Positions 25,881 through 43,800 of a stretch of DNA of 64,000 nucleotides are shown piece after piece; positions within the stretch are counted from its first letter, which is position 1; the number at the start of each line of letters is the position of its first letter. This stretch comes from Guillardia theta CCMP2712 (taxonomy: Eukaryota; Protista; Cryptophyta): positions 54,775 to 118,774 of the forward strand of contig NW_005434644.1 of the NCBI RefSeq assembly GCF_000315625.1. The letters are read 5' to 3'. The notes under the pieces were generated by a model, which was given only the letters and a program-made list of their open reading frames with translations, was not told where the DNA came from and made no database searches. The position numbers were made by a program, and so were the translations under genes.

Positions 25881-26364
25881 CCGTACTGAGTAGAAAGCCG
25901 GTTAGTAGGCAGATTATCAAATGCCGCGCTGCCCATCAGTCTAGTTCCGTGACGGTAGTACCGTCGTTCCGTAGTATCATAGTATGATGATCATCATTGC
26001 ATCCCGGAGTCCGGGGAGTCCGGCCGTCGGATGAGATCGGCTCACAGTGTGGCCGTGACCGTCACTCGACTCTTGCCGCCGATCCGGCCATATTTCTCCT
26101 GGAGTCCCGCGCGGCCCGGGCCGTCCAATGACGGCGCCGGCCCGGGAACTTCTCAGTGAAGTACTAGCTCGGCCTTCAAGTTCGGAGCACCGTGACTGAG
26201 CCCGGCGGCGATGAACATCGATCAGTGCCGGGCGGCCCGGCGGCCCGATGCCGGCGAACTGATGTTGAGTAAAGAGACACTGATGATACTACTGTGATAG
26301 TCGGCTGAGCGTGTAATGCGGCTCGTCACAAGCTCGAGCAGCTGGCGGCTGATGGCGTGAGGGG

Positions 26365-26458
26365 GAAGAAGCTTGAAGCAGGAAGATCAGCCAGCAGCTC
26401 CTGAGCTAGAGAAGAAGCTTGAAGCAGGAAGATCAGCCAGCAGCTCCTGAGCTAGAGA
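26365..26458. repeat. 46-bp direct tandem duplication
   Basis: GAAGAAGCTTGAAGCAGGAAGATCAGCCAGCAGCTCCTGAGCTAGA at 26365 and 26411. Confidence 0.9.
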
Positions 26459-26665
26459 CGCTCTTGCTGCCCTCAGACCCTCAGACCCTTCACCCCCTCC
26501 TCGTCCCTCATCGAGATTTTTATTTCACAGCGCAAGCCTCTGAGATCTTAACTCCTTCTCCTTCTCCTCCTCCTCCTCTATTTCCCCTTCTACATCCTCT
26601 CTTCCTTCGGCTCCTTCTCTGTCTCTTGTTCACACCGTTGTCTTTATCCTTCCCAACATCTCAGC

Positions 26666-28228
26666 ATGAACAACATGCTGTCTTCCAGCCATCCCCTGTC
26701 CCTCCTCTGCCTCCTTGGCATCTTCTGGCAAATACCATCTTCGCACACTCCTCCGCTCCCGTCCCCCCTCCGTGCAGTGCTTCATCTGAAGGGAGGCCAT
26801 CGGCTTCCAGCCCAGCCAAGGAGCAAACTAGGGAAGAGCAGGAGGTTAAGGAGCAAGTTCGATCCAGAGAAGATGTTCGCGCAGATGAAGAACAGGTCGT
26901 TCACAGAGGGTGACCTGCTGATGGAAGAGGACGATGCTCTCTTTCACAACCTGTACTACGGGAACCGGCACAAGGACGAGGTTCTGAAGGACATCAAGGA
27001 GTTTGAGGAGGAACACCCTGAGGTTGTTAGGGAGGAGCGGAACGTGAATCTCGACACGCTTGGGTTGCTCGCGGTGAGGCTTGTGGTTTGCTCAGCCTGT
27101 CAGCGAGGAGAGACGTCAGTTGTTCTAGCATGCATCAGCCAGATACTGTGGGTGTTGGGGAGCTTGTACTTGAGATTTTTTATGTTTGCTTGAGTGGAGT
27201 AGGTTCCCTTTGACGTTTCTGTCTTTCAGGTGGAGAAGTGGAATTATCACATCAAGAGGTACCGGCTTCCGGACTATGACGACGACGATGACGACTCCTC
27301 GACGGCGAGGAGGGAGGCGGAGGAGGCGGAGAAGCGCCTGTACATTGACAATGACGAGACTGAGGAGGATCGGAAGCACAAAAGCCGGGTGTCTCATTTC
27401 TACCTAGCGCAGAGTTATCAGATCGGTTATGCAGTGGATGAGATCAACCATACGAAAGCTTTCCATCACTTCCAAATGTCTGCCATGATGGACCTCCCTG
27501 AAGCCATGACGTGCCTTGGGACCTGCTTCCTTCATGGCTACGGGACAGACAAGGACGTGGCAGAGGCTGTGCGGTGGTACAGCAAGGCAGCAGAGGCTGG
27601 TTGCTCGGAGGGGATGTACAACCTTGCGCTGTGCCTGCAGGACGGGGTTGGAGTGCAGGAGAGCATAGGGATGGCGATACAGTGGATGAATCAGTCAGCA
27701 GCTGACGAGCATGTCGACGCGATGTACGTGATGGCCATGTACCACATGCAGGGAGCAGGCGCGATTGAAAAAAACGAGGAGCTGGCAAATGAAATGCTGA
27801 CCAAGATCGTCGATCGGTTCGATCATCCTGCTTCTCAACTGAGGTAAGCTCGCTGAGGGCCGAGGATTGAAGAGGAGGAGGAGGAGGAGGAGGAGGAGGA
27901 GGAGGAGGAGGGAGGGAGGGAAGAGGAGGCAGGCGAAAGCAGAGTAGAAAGGGTATCAACGAGAACGAGGAAAGGAGAGGGAGAGCAAGGAGGAGGTTAA
28001 ACGGAGCACGAGTGGTGGGGGGCAGGGATGAGGAGTGAAAGAGGAAGGTGGCAGCAGAAGCTGACGTCTTGTTTCAGCCTTGCCAAGAGCTTCTTGCTGG
28101 GACGTGGCACGGAAAGAGACGAGACGATGGCGGTCAAGCTTGCTAAGTTTGCCGCGGGGGAGGAGGAGGCGGAGAAGCTGATAAGCTCGTGGGAGAAAGA
28201 ACGGAGGGTTCTTGCTGAAGGACTGTAA
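26666..28228 (+). CDS. SEL1-like repeat protein with N-terminal hydrophobic leader
   Basis: AMTCLGTCFLHGYGTDKDVAEAVRWYSKAAEAG, GMYNLALCLQDGVGVQESIGMAIQWMNQSA, AMYVMAMYHMQGAG, LAKSFLLGRGTERDETMAVKL. Three exons. Confidence 0.88.
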
Positions 28229-28366
28229 AGTACTGAGCAGAGCAAGAATTGCGATGAGGAGGAGGACTGAGAGGTGAGGGAAAGGGGGAAAGTGGAATGC
28301 AATCTAGAAAAGGAGGACACTGAAGGGAGGAGGAGGGAGGGAGGAGAACGTTCAGGTTGGCACCGT

Positions 28367-29085
28367 CTATCTTCCACCTATTATCCTCATGAAATCAGGA
28401 ACTTCTCTTAACTTGGCCGCGTCTTCCAGCCTCCAGGTGACCTTGACGGGACGAGTCTGCGAGGAGGGAACGTGGAGCTCCTGGATCCGCAGCCGCCCGA
28501 GGAAGACGTAGGGCTGATTCTTGAACCTCGCAAAGAGCAGTGTAGGAGGGATATCGTTCGCGTCCTCTTCCCCTCCTCCCTCCTCCCCTTGCTCTCCTGC
28601 TGGCTCCTCCCCTCCTCCCTCCTCCGCTTCTTGCTCCTCCCCTCCCCCTGCTGCGTGCTCGTGCCATCCGTCCTCTCCTCCTTCAGCTTTCATTTGTCGT
28701 TCCCACTCGAGGATCGTTTTCCGAAGGATGGGGGAGGAGGAGCAGAACTTGATGCTGGCGTACCACGACACCGTCTCCCCGTCTGCTGAGAAGTCGTTGT
28801 TGTACCTGCTCTCCATTCATCCCCTCGTCTTGTACCTCCTCGTCCTCGTCCTCCCTCCTCGTCTCCTCCTCGTCCTCGTTCTCGTTCTCCCTCCTCGTCC
28901 TCCTCTTCCTCGTTCTCCCTCCTCGTCCTCGTCCTCGTCTCTCCCTCCCCTCTGCATGTACAACCGTGCACCTCCTGCCTCCCTCGCCTCCCCCCTGACC
29001 TTCCATGTCCGATGTTGATCAGCAGCACCAGCGCATTTGGCCACTCCAGACAACCTGAGCTATGACGCTCGGAGCAGAGGAAACT

Positions 29086-29119
<34 letters not shown>

Positions 29120-30472
29120 GGAGGAGGAGGAGGAGGAGGAGGAGGAGGAGGAGGAGGAGGAGGAGGAGGAGGAGGAGAAGTCAGATGGTTTGACGGAAAT
29201 GGGCAGGGAGGGCTTACTTGACGTCTGCCTCAGGCCCAGCAAGCTCTCGGATCTGTCATGAAATAAGAAAAGAGAGGGAGAGAAGGAAGGAAAGAGTGGG
29301 AGAGGGAGAGAAGGAGGAGGGAAAACGAGGATCCATGGATTGACTGAAGAGTTGAAAGGAGAGGAGGCGGCTAGAAAAGGAAGGAAGGAAGGAAGGTAAG
29401 TAGGCAGGTGGGTAGATAGAAAGGTAGCTAGGGAGGGAGGTCTCCTACCACCACTGACTTTCCCTTCCCCGCCAGTCTCCTCCCCAAGAGATTCTTCTCG
29501 TCAAACTCCACGAGGTTACAAACTCCTCTGTTCCTCTCCCTCCTCTCTCCTCGCTTGTGACCATCTCCTCTTCCTATCAGCCCTGCTACGCTCATGCCAC
29601 CCTCCTGCTCCTCCTCCCTCCTCCTCTCTCTCTTCTTTTGCTTTCCCTTCCCGCTCTTCTTTGACGACAACCATAGTCTCCTTGCCCGCTCTGCGATCTC
29701 CGGCCCGAGCACGCGGTAGAGCAGGACGAGACACTGCGCGTCTGTAGCGGCGTATCGAATCTGAAGGACAGGAGAGAAGGATTAGGCGCGGGGGAGGAAG
29801 AGTAAAGAAGGAGTAAAGGATGGTGGAGAAGAGAAAAACGGAGGAGGAGGAGGAGGAGGAGGAGGAGGAGGAGGAGGAGGAGGAGGAGGAGGAGGAGGAG
29901 GAGAANNNNNNNNNNNNNNNNNNNNNNNNNNNNNNNNNNNNNNNNNNNNNNNNNNNNNNNNNNNNNNNNNNNNNNNNNNNNNNNNNNNNNNNNNNNNNNN
30001 NNNNNTAGAGTTTGAGTGTGGGTGGAGGGGGGAGGTGCTGATGGTGGTGGTAGTGGTGGTGGTGGAGGAGGAGGAGGAGGTGGTGGTGGTGGTGGTGATT
30101 CAAGCTTCACCTGCATTTCCTTTGACAGCGGATGTCCCAGCAGGCTCTTACAGGCTGCGCTCAGCCCGAAGTTCTGCCTGCTCAACCTCCCTGACGCCAT
30201 CACCATGTGCTAGGAGGAGAGCGTGAGAACCTAACATCGCTTCTTCCCCTCAGTCCTCCCCCTCCCCTCCCCTCCTGTCCCTCTCCTGCTCCCTGGCTCT
30301 TCCTCCTCCTCTGCTGCAGCTGCTCCACCTTGATGTCGACGAACGCATGATGGTCGTCGACGAGCCGCTGAAGTTGCTGGAGGAAGAGGAGGCGAGGAAA
30401 ACTTGACAGCAGCATCTTCATGTCCATCTCGAAGCTGAACCCCAGCTGAACTCCAGCAAGTCACCACCACCA

Positions 30473-30559
<87 letters not shown>

Positions 30560-33533
30560 CTTCTCTCCCTGTCCTCGCTGATGCTCTGATTGAGCATGAC
30601 AGTTGCTCTATCACGAATCGTCTGTTCCTCTCTCCTACCTCCTGCTCTTTCCCTTCCCTCCTTCTCACACCTTGAGAATATCTTCTCGCAACAGGAATGG
30701 TCCTAGAATCTCCTCCAGCGTCCTCGTCGCCTCTTCCTCCTCCTCCTCTCCCCACCGCTGGAACCAGCTCTGCCGCAAGCGATCATGTGAGGAGCACGTG
30801 GAGGAAGTGAGAAGGAATAAAAGTGAGGAGGGAGGAAGGAGGAAGGAGGAGCGGGAGGGGTTCTTTCATTTAAAGAAGAGAGTGGATGGGGAGAGAAGAA
30901 AGAGGGAGGAANNNNNNNNNNNNNNNNNNNNNNNNNNNNNNNNNNNNNNNNNNNNNNNNNNNNNNNNNNNNNNNNNNNNNNNNNNNNNNNNNNNNNNNNN
31001 NNNNNNNNNNNNNNNNNNNNNNNNNNNNNNNNNNNNNNNNNNNNNNNNNNNNNNNNNNNNNNNNNNNNNNNNNNNNNNNNNNNNNNNNNNNNNNNNNNNN
31101 NNNNNNNNNNNNNNNNNNNNNNNNNNNNNNNNNNNNNNNNNNNNNNNNNNNNNNNNNNNNNNNNNNNNNNNNNNNNNNNNNNNNNNNNNNNNNNNNNNNN
31201 NNNNNNNNNNNNNNNNNNNNNNNNNNNNNNNNNNNNNNNNNNNNNNNNNNNNNNNNNNNNNNNNNNNNNNNNNNNNNNNNNNNNNNNNNNNNNNNNNNNN
31301 NNNNNNNNNNNNNNNNNNNNNNNNNNNNNNNNNNNNNNNNNNNNNNNNNNNNNNNNNNNNNNNNNNNNNNNNNNNNNNNNNNNNNNNNNNNNNNNNNNNN
31401 NNNNNNNNNNNNNNNNNNNNNNNNNNNNNNNNNNNNNNNNNNNNNNNNNNNNNNNNNNNNNNNNNNNNNNNNNNNNNNNNNNNNNNNNNNNNNNNNNNNN
31501 NNNNNNNNNNNNNNNNNNNNNNNNNNNNNNNNNNNNNNNNNNNNNNNNNNNNNNNNNNNNNNNNNNNNNNNNNNNNNNNNNNNNNNNNNNNNNNNNNNNN
31601 NNNNNNNNNNNNNNNNNNNNNNNNNNNNNNNNNNNNNNNNNNNNNNNNNNNNNNNNNNNNNNNNNNNNNNNNNNNNNNNNNNNNNNNNNNNNNNNNNNNN
31701 NNNNNNNTCCTGCGGGAAAGATCAAAAGACGAGAGGAGGAGACGCAGAGGAAGAGAAAAGGGAGAAGAGGATGGAAAGAGAAAGGAGTAAGAGGAGGAGG
31801 AAGAACGAGAGGAAATCAGGAAGAGAACGCACTTCGATATCAGACAGTGAAGGTTGCAGGAGGGTGACATTGTGAACTATGAAGTCGATAGTCGAATCCC
31901 TCGCCCTCTGCCTCACCAAGTCAGGACAGGAGAAACTCTTAACTCTCTCCTCTCCTCTGCTCTCCTCTTCATCTCCTCCCCTCTCCCTCTCCCTCTCCTC
32001 CCCTCTCTTCTTCGCACCTCAACTCTCCCTGCCTGCTGCTTCAAAACTCCTCCGACCCGGACCTGTAGGAAACGCTCAGCAGCACATCACAACCTCCTTT
32101 GCTCTCACCATGGAGCCGGTTCTGATTGCCTTGAAAAGTTTTCCCGCCTACTCTTACCGTCAGTCTTGCCCCTCCTCCTCCTCCTCCTCCTCCTGCCCCT
32201 GCTCCTGCCCCTGCTCCTGCCCTTGCCCCTTCCTCCTCCTGCCCCTCCTCTCAACCTCCTCGTCGCCGATGTTTGCCGTCAGCGTCTTGCCAAAGATGAG
32301 CTGCAGAGAGAAGGTCGTCGTCTCCTCCTCCTCCTGCCTCCAGCACCAGCTCCTCCTCCTCCTGATCGACCGGTGCAGACTCCTCGACGACACCAGCCGC
32401 GCTACCTCCTGCCGCATGTCCCGGTGGACGGCAAACCCGAACAGCAGTCGCCGCCCGATCTTGTTAGCAGAGATGAGGCAGAAATCTCCAGTGAGGAATG
32501 TGGAAGGGAGCGTCTCAGGATCTACATCCTTCCATTCCGAGGTGATTTCATACACCTTGTCCGAGCCCGTCTCCTCCCCTGCCTCCTCTTCGTCTCGCTC
32601 CCGCTCCTCCTCCCCGCCGCCTTCCTCCTCCTCCCCTCCCTCCAGCACTTGCCGCACCTTTGTCTTCCCTCCCGTGACTGAGGTGTGGAAACGAGAGTAA
32701 GGAAGGAGGGGCCCCTCCCTCCTCCCCTCCTCCTTCACTCTCCCCACATCCGCTACGACGGCTCCTGTGACGGCCAGCAGGTCCTCCACCTTGATCGACA
32801 GCTCCAGCTCCATTCTCCCGCACCCAACGAACACTCGAGGAGTTCGCAGCACCTCCTCGTCCACGATAGTGAGCATGCTTCTTCTGTGAGCAAAGGGAGG
32901 TATCATTCCTATCCTGTACCCGGTCCACTCCTCCGCGTCCTCCGACGGCGCAAGCTTGACAGAGGCAGCACGGTCCGCTATGGCCATGCTCTCACCCCGC
33001 TCCCTCAGCCTGTCTCTCTTCTGCTTCAGGCACTGACTGAGTTTCTTGATGCTGACTTTCTTGTTCCCGGAGAGCACAACGAGGACAGGATGGTTTCCTA
33101 CCACAAAGACAAGAGACTTGACAACGACGCTACTGTTCACTCCCAGAAGTACCGCCGTGCTCTCCGCGTTCACTTCCTCCTCCTCTCCCCTCTCGACTGC
33201 CACGATTGTGTACTCTACATCCCTGCTCTTGAGGAACCTCTCAACATCACCGACTTCCAAACTATCTTGTTTGCACATGCTGTCTTGGCTCTCTTGCTGA
33301 TCGTTCAAAGTCGAGGTCTCCCATCCTCGCTCGACAGCTTCCGACATCGTCAACGACGACAACACGTTCGATCTTGCCGTCACCGCAACCCTCGGTGCAG
33401 CTCTCAACAGATTTCGAGCCTTCAGCCTGCTCCCAGACTGGAAACTTCTACACCCACTGAGACAGAACGTGTTCCCAGTGTTGATGCTTGCAACAAGTAT
33501 AAGAGCCGCTCTGAAGATACTGAAGGGACTCAT
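28367..33533 (-). CDS. Multidomain YbaK/ProX deacylase + OB-like fold + DEDDy 3'-5' exonuclease + DUF3427-like protein with bipartite leader
   Basis: Signal peptide MSPFSIFRAALILVASINTGNT then F and a basic transit-like segment. YbaK: VVKSLVF...GYRIGMIPPFAH...VFVGCG. OB-like: KIGRRLLFGFAV...LQLIFGKTL. Exonuclease: FLLREDILK-LGFSFEMDMKML, FVDIK, GLSAACKSLLGHPLSKEMQV, IRYAATDAQCL. C-terminal: GCLEWPNALVLLINI...RYNNDFSADGETVSWYAS...LLFARFKNQPYVFLGRL. Two gaps interrupt the model. Confidence 0.72.
30474..30557. repeat. (CTG)n microsatellite in an intron; another at ~12690-12750
   Basis: Direct read. Confidence 0.95.
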
Positions 33534-34683
33534 CGAATGTCCTCAAACTTGTTACACTGATGGGCATCTCATCATTCTTGCTCCCTGAGGCGAGGTCTTG
33601 TCGTGATGATTTCAGTCAGTATCACTGTTCCCATTCAAGCTATATGCCCGCCTGCAATCCTATCAGATTTCCTCGTCCTTGTTCCCGTCCTCGCTCTTCT
33701 CATCCTGAACATCCTGCTCACCATTGTTCCCTCCCTCCTCCCTCCTCCCTCCTCTTTCCTCTCCTCTCCTCTCCTCTCCTCTCTCTCCTCCCTCCTCCCT
33801 CCTCTATCCTGCCCTTCGCTTCCTATCTCTCTCTCCGGTACCTTGGAGAGCAAGAGTCAAACAACAATACTGTCAACAGCCTTCCTGGACCTTCCAATGG
33901 CACAAGTGGGAAAGGCAGTCAGAGTTCTTCACGATTTAAGAAGATCAATTCCTTGGAGACGCCTGCAAAGGTCTGCTTGCAATCATTCCGACATACATGA
34001 TGCAACCTGAAAAACATTCAGGCGATGATTATTCCAGATCACAACGTGTTCATTGAAGCAGAGCTTGGATTGCATGTTCATAATCTAGTGGGTGCAAGGT
34101 GATGATCGATTCTTGAAAGCTTTTATTTTTCATTCNNNNNNNNNNNNNNNNNNNNNNNNNNNNNNNNNNNNNNNNNNNNNNNNNNNNNNNNNNNNNNNNN
34201 NNNNNNNNNNNNNNNNNNNNNNNNNNNNNNNNNNNTGCAGTCGTGTTGTTGACTCAACAGCTCGCTCCATTCAGCGCTCTGTCCATCCATGCTTGATAAG
34301 GTAGAGAGAAAGGGTCATGTGGGACAGGCAGGGGTGATAAGATATAATCAGGGGTGGGGGTGATCGAGGGAGAGTGTGTCCCGATGTTCGGTCTTCTCGC
34401 ACATGTTGATGGGAGGGGAGTAGGGAGGAAGACGAAGACAAGAAGGAGAGGAGGGAGGAGGAGGACAGAGGGAGCAGAGGAGGATGCATGGAGGAAGGGA
34501 GGGAGGGAGGGAGGGAGGGAGGGGAGGAGGCGCCATGAAGAAGATGATTCACTCGGTGAACTCATGAAGATTTTACAAGACACATTAGGCGTTCGACAAC
34601 AACACCCTTAACGACATTCTTCGCTCTCTGTTCCCGAGTTGAGCATGTCAGGAGCAAGACTATCATGACATCTTGACAACGTG

Positions 34684-39605
<4,922 letters not shown>

Positions 39606-40055
39606 TGAGGTTTATAGGAAGAGAAATGGAGGGAAGGGAATGGGTTGGGGGGGGGGGGGGGGGGGGGAAAAAAAAAATGAAAAACACGGCCCTGGCAATT
39701 AATGCCCAGGAACCATCTGATATTATAAGATTAAATGTCCACCCCCCTCGGCCCCGGTCTCTTGCACCCCATTCTTTTTTTTTCTACGGTCCATGTAAAC
39801 GGCTGTATGGATGTAGCTCTCTCGGTCTACAACCGTAAACCTGTATGACCATGCCAAATCATCGTCCTAGTCTTTTCTTGTATCTGTGGACGTATAGCTA
39901 TTAAGCTGTCATCAATCCTCGTACCCGTCGATAAAAATCCAGTCCATTCACGCGANNNNNNNNNNNNNNNNNNNNNNNNNNNNNNNNNNNNNNNNNNNNN
40001 NNNNNNNNNNNNNNNNNNNNNNNNNNNNNNNNNNNNNNNNNNNNNNNNNNNNNNN

Positions 40056-40700
40056 CAAATGAAGCATGCGTAGAAGAAGAGCGAGTTCTTTCAGCGCTGA
40101 AAATGATTCCAGGGTTCGAATCCTTTCCACGTCTGTCTTTACATCCCCTTCGCTTGTTTGAATGTACGCCAGGCGAAATTGCCGCAAGTTTGTTGGCTTC
40201 TTTGCGCTGTTACAAAAGGCTTCTGCCATTTCGACTAGCACTCTCAACTTTGAGTCGTCTTCTTGCGATAGAATGTCCTCCCAGACCTGATCCAGCTCGG
40301 CCTGGTGCTTCACTGCAGACTTGCGGGAGCAAGTCCTGAGGTACTCACGGATTGCCATCAGGACAAGGAAGAAGAGCAGGGCGACCAGTCTGACGTATGC
40401 TCCGCTTGATCTCAGCGCAACCTGCATCCCAAACAGAATCGCCGATGACACCGCCCCAAGCTCCAACACCAGGCACTCGTGAATCATCAGAGGGCAAGGG
40501 AAGAGCAGCAGGATCTGGAGCAAACAGACTCAGAAGAAGGAGAGGAAGAGACGAGAAGAACCGTGAGGCTCTCGATCAGCGGAGGAGGAGGAGGAGGAGG
40601 AGGAGGAGGAGGAGGAGGAGGAGGAGGAGGAGGAGGAGAGGAGATTTTACCATAACTGTTCATGGTCAATATGATAGAAGGGCAGTATAGTTTGCACATT
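40056..40700 (-). CDS. Hypothetical multi-pass membrane protein, N-terminal part (runs into a gap)
   Basis: ORF 39948-40523 has 2-3 hydrophobic helices followed by a soluble segment. Confidence 0.5.
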
Positions 40701-40876
40701 CATCATCTTTCATCCTGATTTTCTCAACCTCTAAATCCGGATTTGTTCACATTTCCTCTCTCTCTCCTCTCTTCACAACCTCCAAGAATTTGCCAAACAC
40801 CTTGTTCCTTCTTTGCTTCACTCCAGTGCTCTCTGACTTGTACTCTTCAGTTCTCAGATGCACTGATTCCCCAGCC

Positions 40877-43800
40877 ATGACTAGCCCTCCGTCTGACCGC
40901 TGGCAGCGATCGCCGCTGAGCGACTCTCCCCTCTCCTCCCCCCGCGAGGATGAAACCACAGGTAACCTGAGAAAGGAAAGGATCAAGTACAGGAGGTCTA
41001 AACCTCCGAGGAACCATGCGCTGAGGAAAGATGGTGAAGGAGAGGACGGAGCTGAAGCGCAGAGACCAGGAGCTGAGGATCCCAGAGCAAGAGAGTCGCT
41101 GCAGGAGGCGCAGCCAGTCCCCGAGCACGAGTCTCCTGCTCCCCGCAGCAGCACTGGAGTCCTGGCGCTCAACCTGACTGCCATCCGACCTGAGCATCGA
41201 GCCGTCACTCTCAACAGCCGCGAGTCCCTCGGGAGCCCTCGGGAGCCGCAGCAGGAGGGGCAACCGCGTCCTCCTAAGACTCCCCGCACTGAGCATACGA
41301 GCAGCAGGCAGGAGCGGGAGGGCGAAGGCACAGGACCCGGGGAGAGCAGGTTGTCAGGGATGCAGGAGAGGAGTCGGGCAAGCAGGAGGAGTCAACTGAC
41401 GTTGACACCAAGGAGCGTCGACACGCCCCGCTCGGGGATCTCCTTCGAAGCTGGATGGAACCTGGAGAAGTGGAAGGCGGAGGCGCTTTGGCTGCGGGAG
41501 CAGGTGGAAATGCTGGAGGAGAAAGCAAGGGGGGAGGGAGGAGAAGCGAGCGAGCGGGAGGAAATGCAGAAGCTTCGGCGCGAACTTGCGGAAAGCCAGC
41601 AGAAGATGGCGGAGGCAAGCAAGAGGATCTTGAGCTACGAGCGACAGGCAGCGTCTTGGCAGGCAGAGAAAGTCACGCTGCAGCAGGATGTGGTCGGGTG
41701 GAAGCAGGCGATCAGCAGCCTGAACATGGAGGCGAAGGCAGAGATCCTCTCGCTGCAGGAGAAGATCGCGAGGGAGAAGGTCGAGAACGCGCGGCTGACG
41801 CGAGAGCTCCGAGCGATGCAGGCCAACGGCAACAGCCGAGCTGGCGACAAACAGGTACCCAACAGCGCGAAGAGAGTAGCCAAGGACGAGGACGAGGACG
41901 AGGACGAGGAGGTTGGTCAGCTGACCCGCTCCCTTGCAAACGTCCTGAAGCTGCCGGTGGTGACGAAAGTTGTTAAGGGTCTGAAGGGCAGGAAGCAGGA
42001 GGAGGAAGATGAGGAGGGGGAGGAGGAAGGACGGCAGGGGAGGAAAAGCCCCATGAGCGAACTGAGGAGGACGGTATCCGAAGTCTCCTCGGCGATGCTT
42101 CAGGTTTCCGCCGCGTCGGAGAGAAGTGACTCTCTGCAGCAGAAGGTCTTGAAGTCAGTGGATGAGCTGGAGGAGAAACTCGCCCTCTCCGAGTCTCATT
42201 GCTCCCAGCTGCAGTCCCAGCTGCAGGCCACACTGACAACCCTCGAGAGCTCACGGTCGTACGAGGGGGTGATGGAGAGGAAGCTGCTGGAGGAGGAGCG
42301 GGAGAAGGAGAGGATGAAGGAGGCGATGGCGGCGCTAGAGGAGGAGGTGAAAGAGTCGAAGAGAATCTTTGAGCAAGTGAGCGCAGAGCACGGGACGAGC
42401 ATCAGGCTGCTGGAGGAGAAGCAGAAGGAGGAGCTGAGGGCGGCGATCGAGAAGGAGAGGAGAGCATGCGAGCTGGCGATCAGTTCATTGCGAGCCGAGC
42501 ACGGCAAGGCGCTGATGATGGCGACCTACAGCCTGCAGGAGAAGGACGCGCTTCTGCGAGGGAGGGAGGAGGAGATGGCGAGATCGCACCATGAGGAGAT
42601 CCAGAGCCTGAAGAGGACGGAGGAGGAGGAGAGGAGGAGGATGGAGAAGGAGCATAAGGCTGAGCTTGAGGAGAGGGAGGAGCGCGTGCGGGAGCTGCTC
42701 CTGCTGCACCAGGAGGAGCTTACGAGGGTGCAGGCAGAACACGACGAGCGTACAGAGGCTCTTCAACGGAGGCTCCGAGCATCCGCCGAGCACTCGCAGA
42801 GAGTGGACGCAGATCTCAGCAGGTCTGAAGCTGAGAGGAAAGAGGTGAGAAATAGTTTGCGGGGTCCTCGCCAGCCCACCCTCCCCTTCTCCACCTCCTA
42901 TGACCTTGTCTGACGGGTGGTTTGCAGCTTGGCGACGCGCTGATGAGCTCCAGCTCGGCACTGCGGGCCCTGGCTGACGAGTCGGAGAGGAGGAAGGAGT
43001 TGGAGGCGGAGCTGGAGGAGAGCAGGAGGATGTGCGAGGAGTGGAAGAGACTGCTGGAGGAGAAGTCGGCAGTGTGCGAGCAGGTCAGTCAGATGGAGGA
43101 GAAGGCTACGCAGAGCCTCGGGATCCTCCGCTCTCAGTGGGACGAGAGTGCGAGGAGGAGGGAGGAGGAGGCTGAGAAGGTGGAGGAGCTGGAGCAGGAG
43201 GCGGCCTCCATGGCGCTGCTTCTGACATCGCTGAAGTCTCATGTCGACTCGCTGGTTCTGAAGGCGCAGGAGGAGAAGAAGTCGTGGGGGAGAGAGAGGA
43301 GGAGCGCGGAGGAGGAGAGGATGGAGAGGGAGGAGGAGACGAGAGTGCTGGAAGGGAGGCTAAGGGAAGCCAGGCGTCACGGACAGGAGGCGGAGGAGCG
43401 GGTCAAGGAGCTCAAGGAGGAAAAGGAGGAGCTGAAGCTGCGCTTGACCGAGAAGGAGAGCAGGATTCGCTCGCTGCAGCAAGTGATCCTGAGCCACGAG
43501 CAGCAGCATGAAGAGAGAGTGCGGGAGCTGCAGACGACCAGGAGGGAACTCAACGAGTCACATGATGGGCTGAGGGGTGCGGAGATGGCGAACAAGATCC
43601 TGCAAGGAGCTGCAGACGCGCTCCAGCAGAAGCTGCGGGTGGTGGAGGAGCGGCAGTGGGAGGAAGGGAGGAGGAGCGTGGAGGCGGCCAGGGAGCTAGC
43701 GGGAGTGAACGCCTCCCTGGCACGAGCTTGCTCCATGCTTGCTATGAGTGAGGAGATGATGAGGCGGCTGTGCGGGGGGATGGAGGAGCTTTCGTCTCGG

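Noticed and set aside
33843-34135. Short + strand exon-like fragments
   Set aside because: Truncated by a gap, with no recognisable product.
39641-39790. PolyG/polyA stretch as a regulatory element
   Set aside because: Looks like low-quality sequence near a gap.
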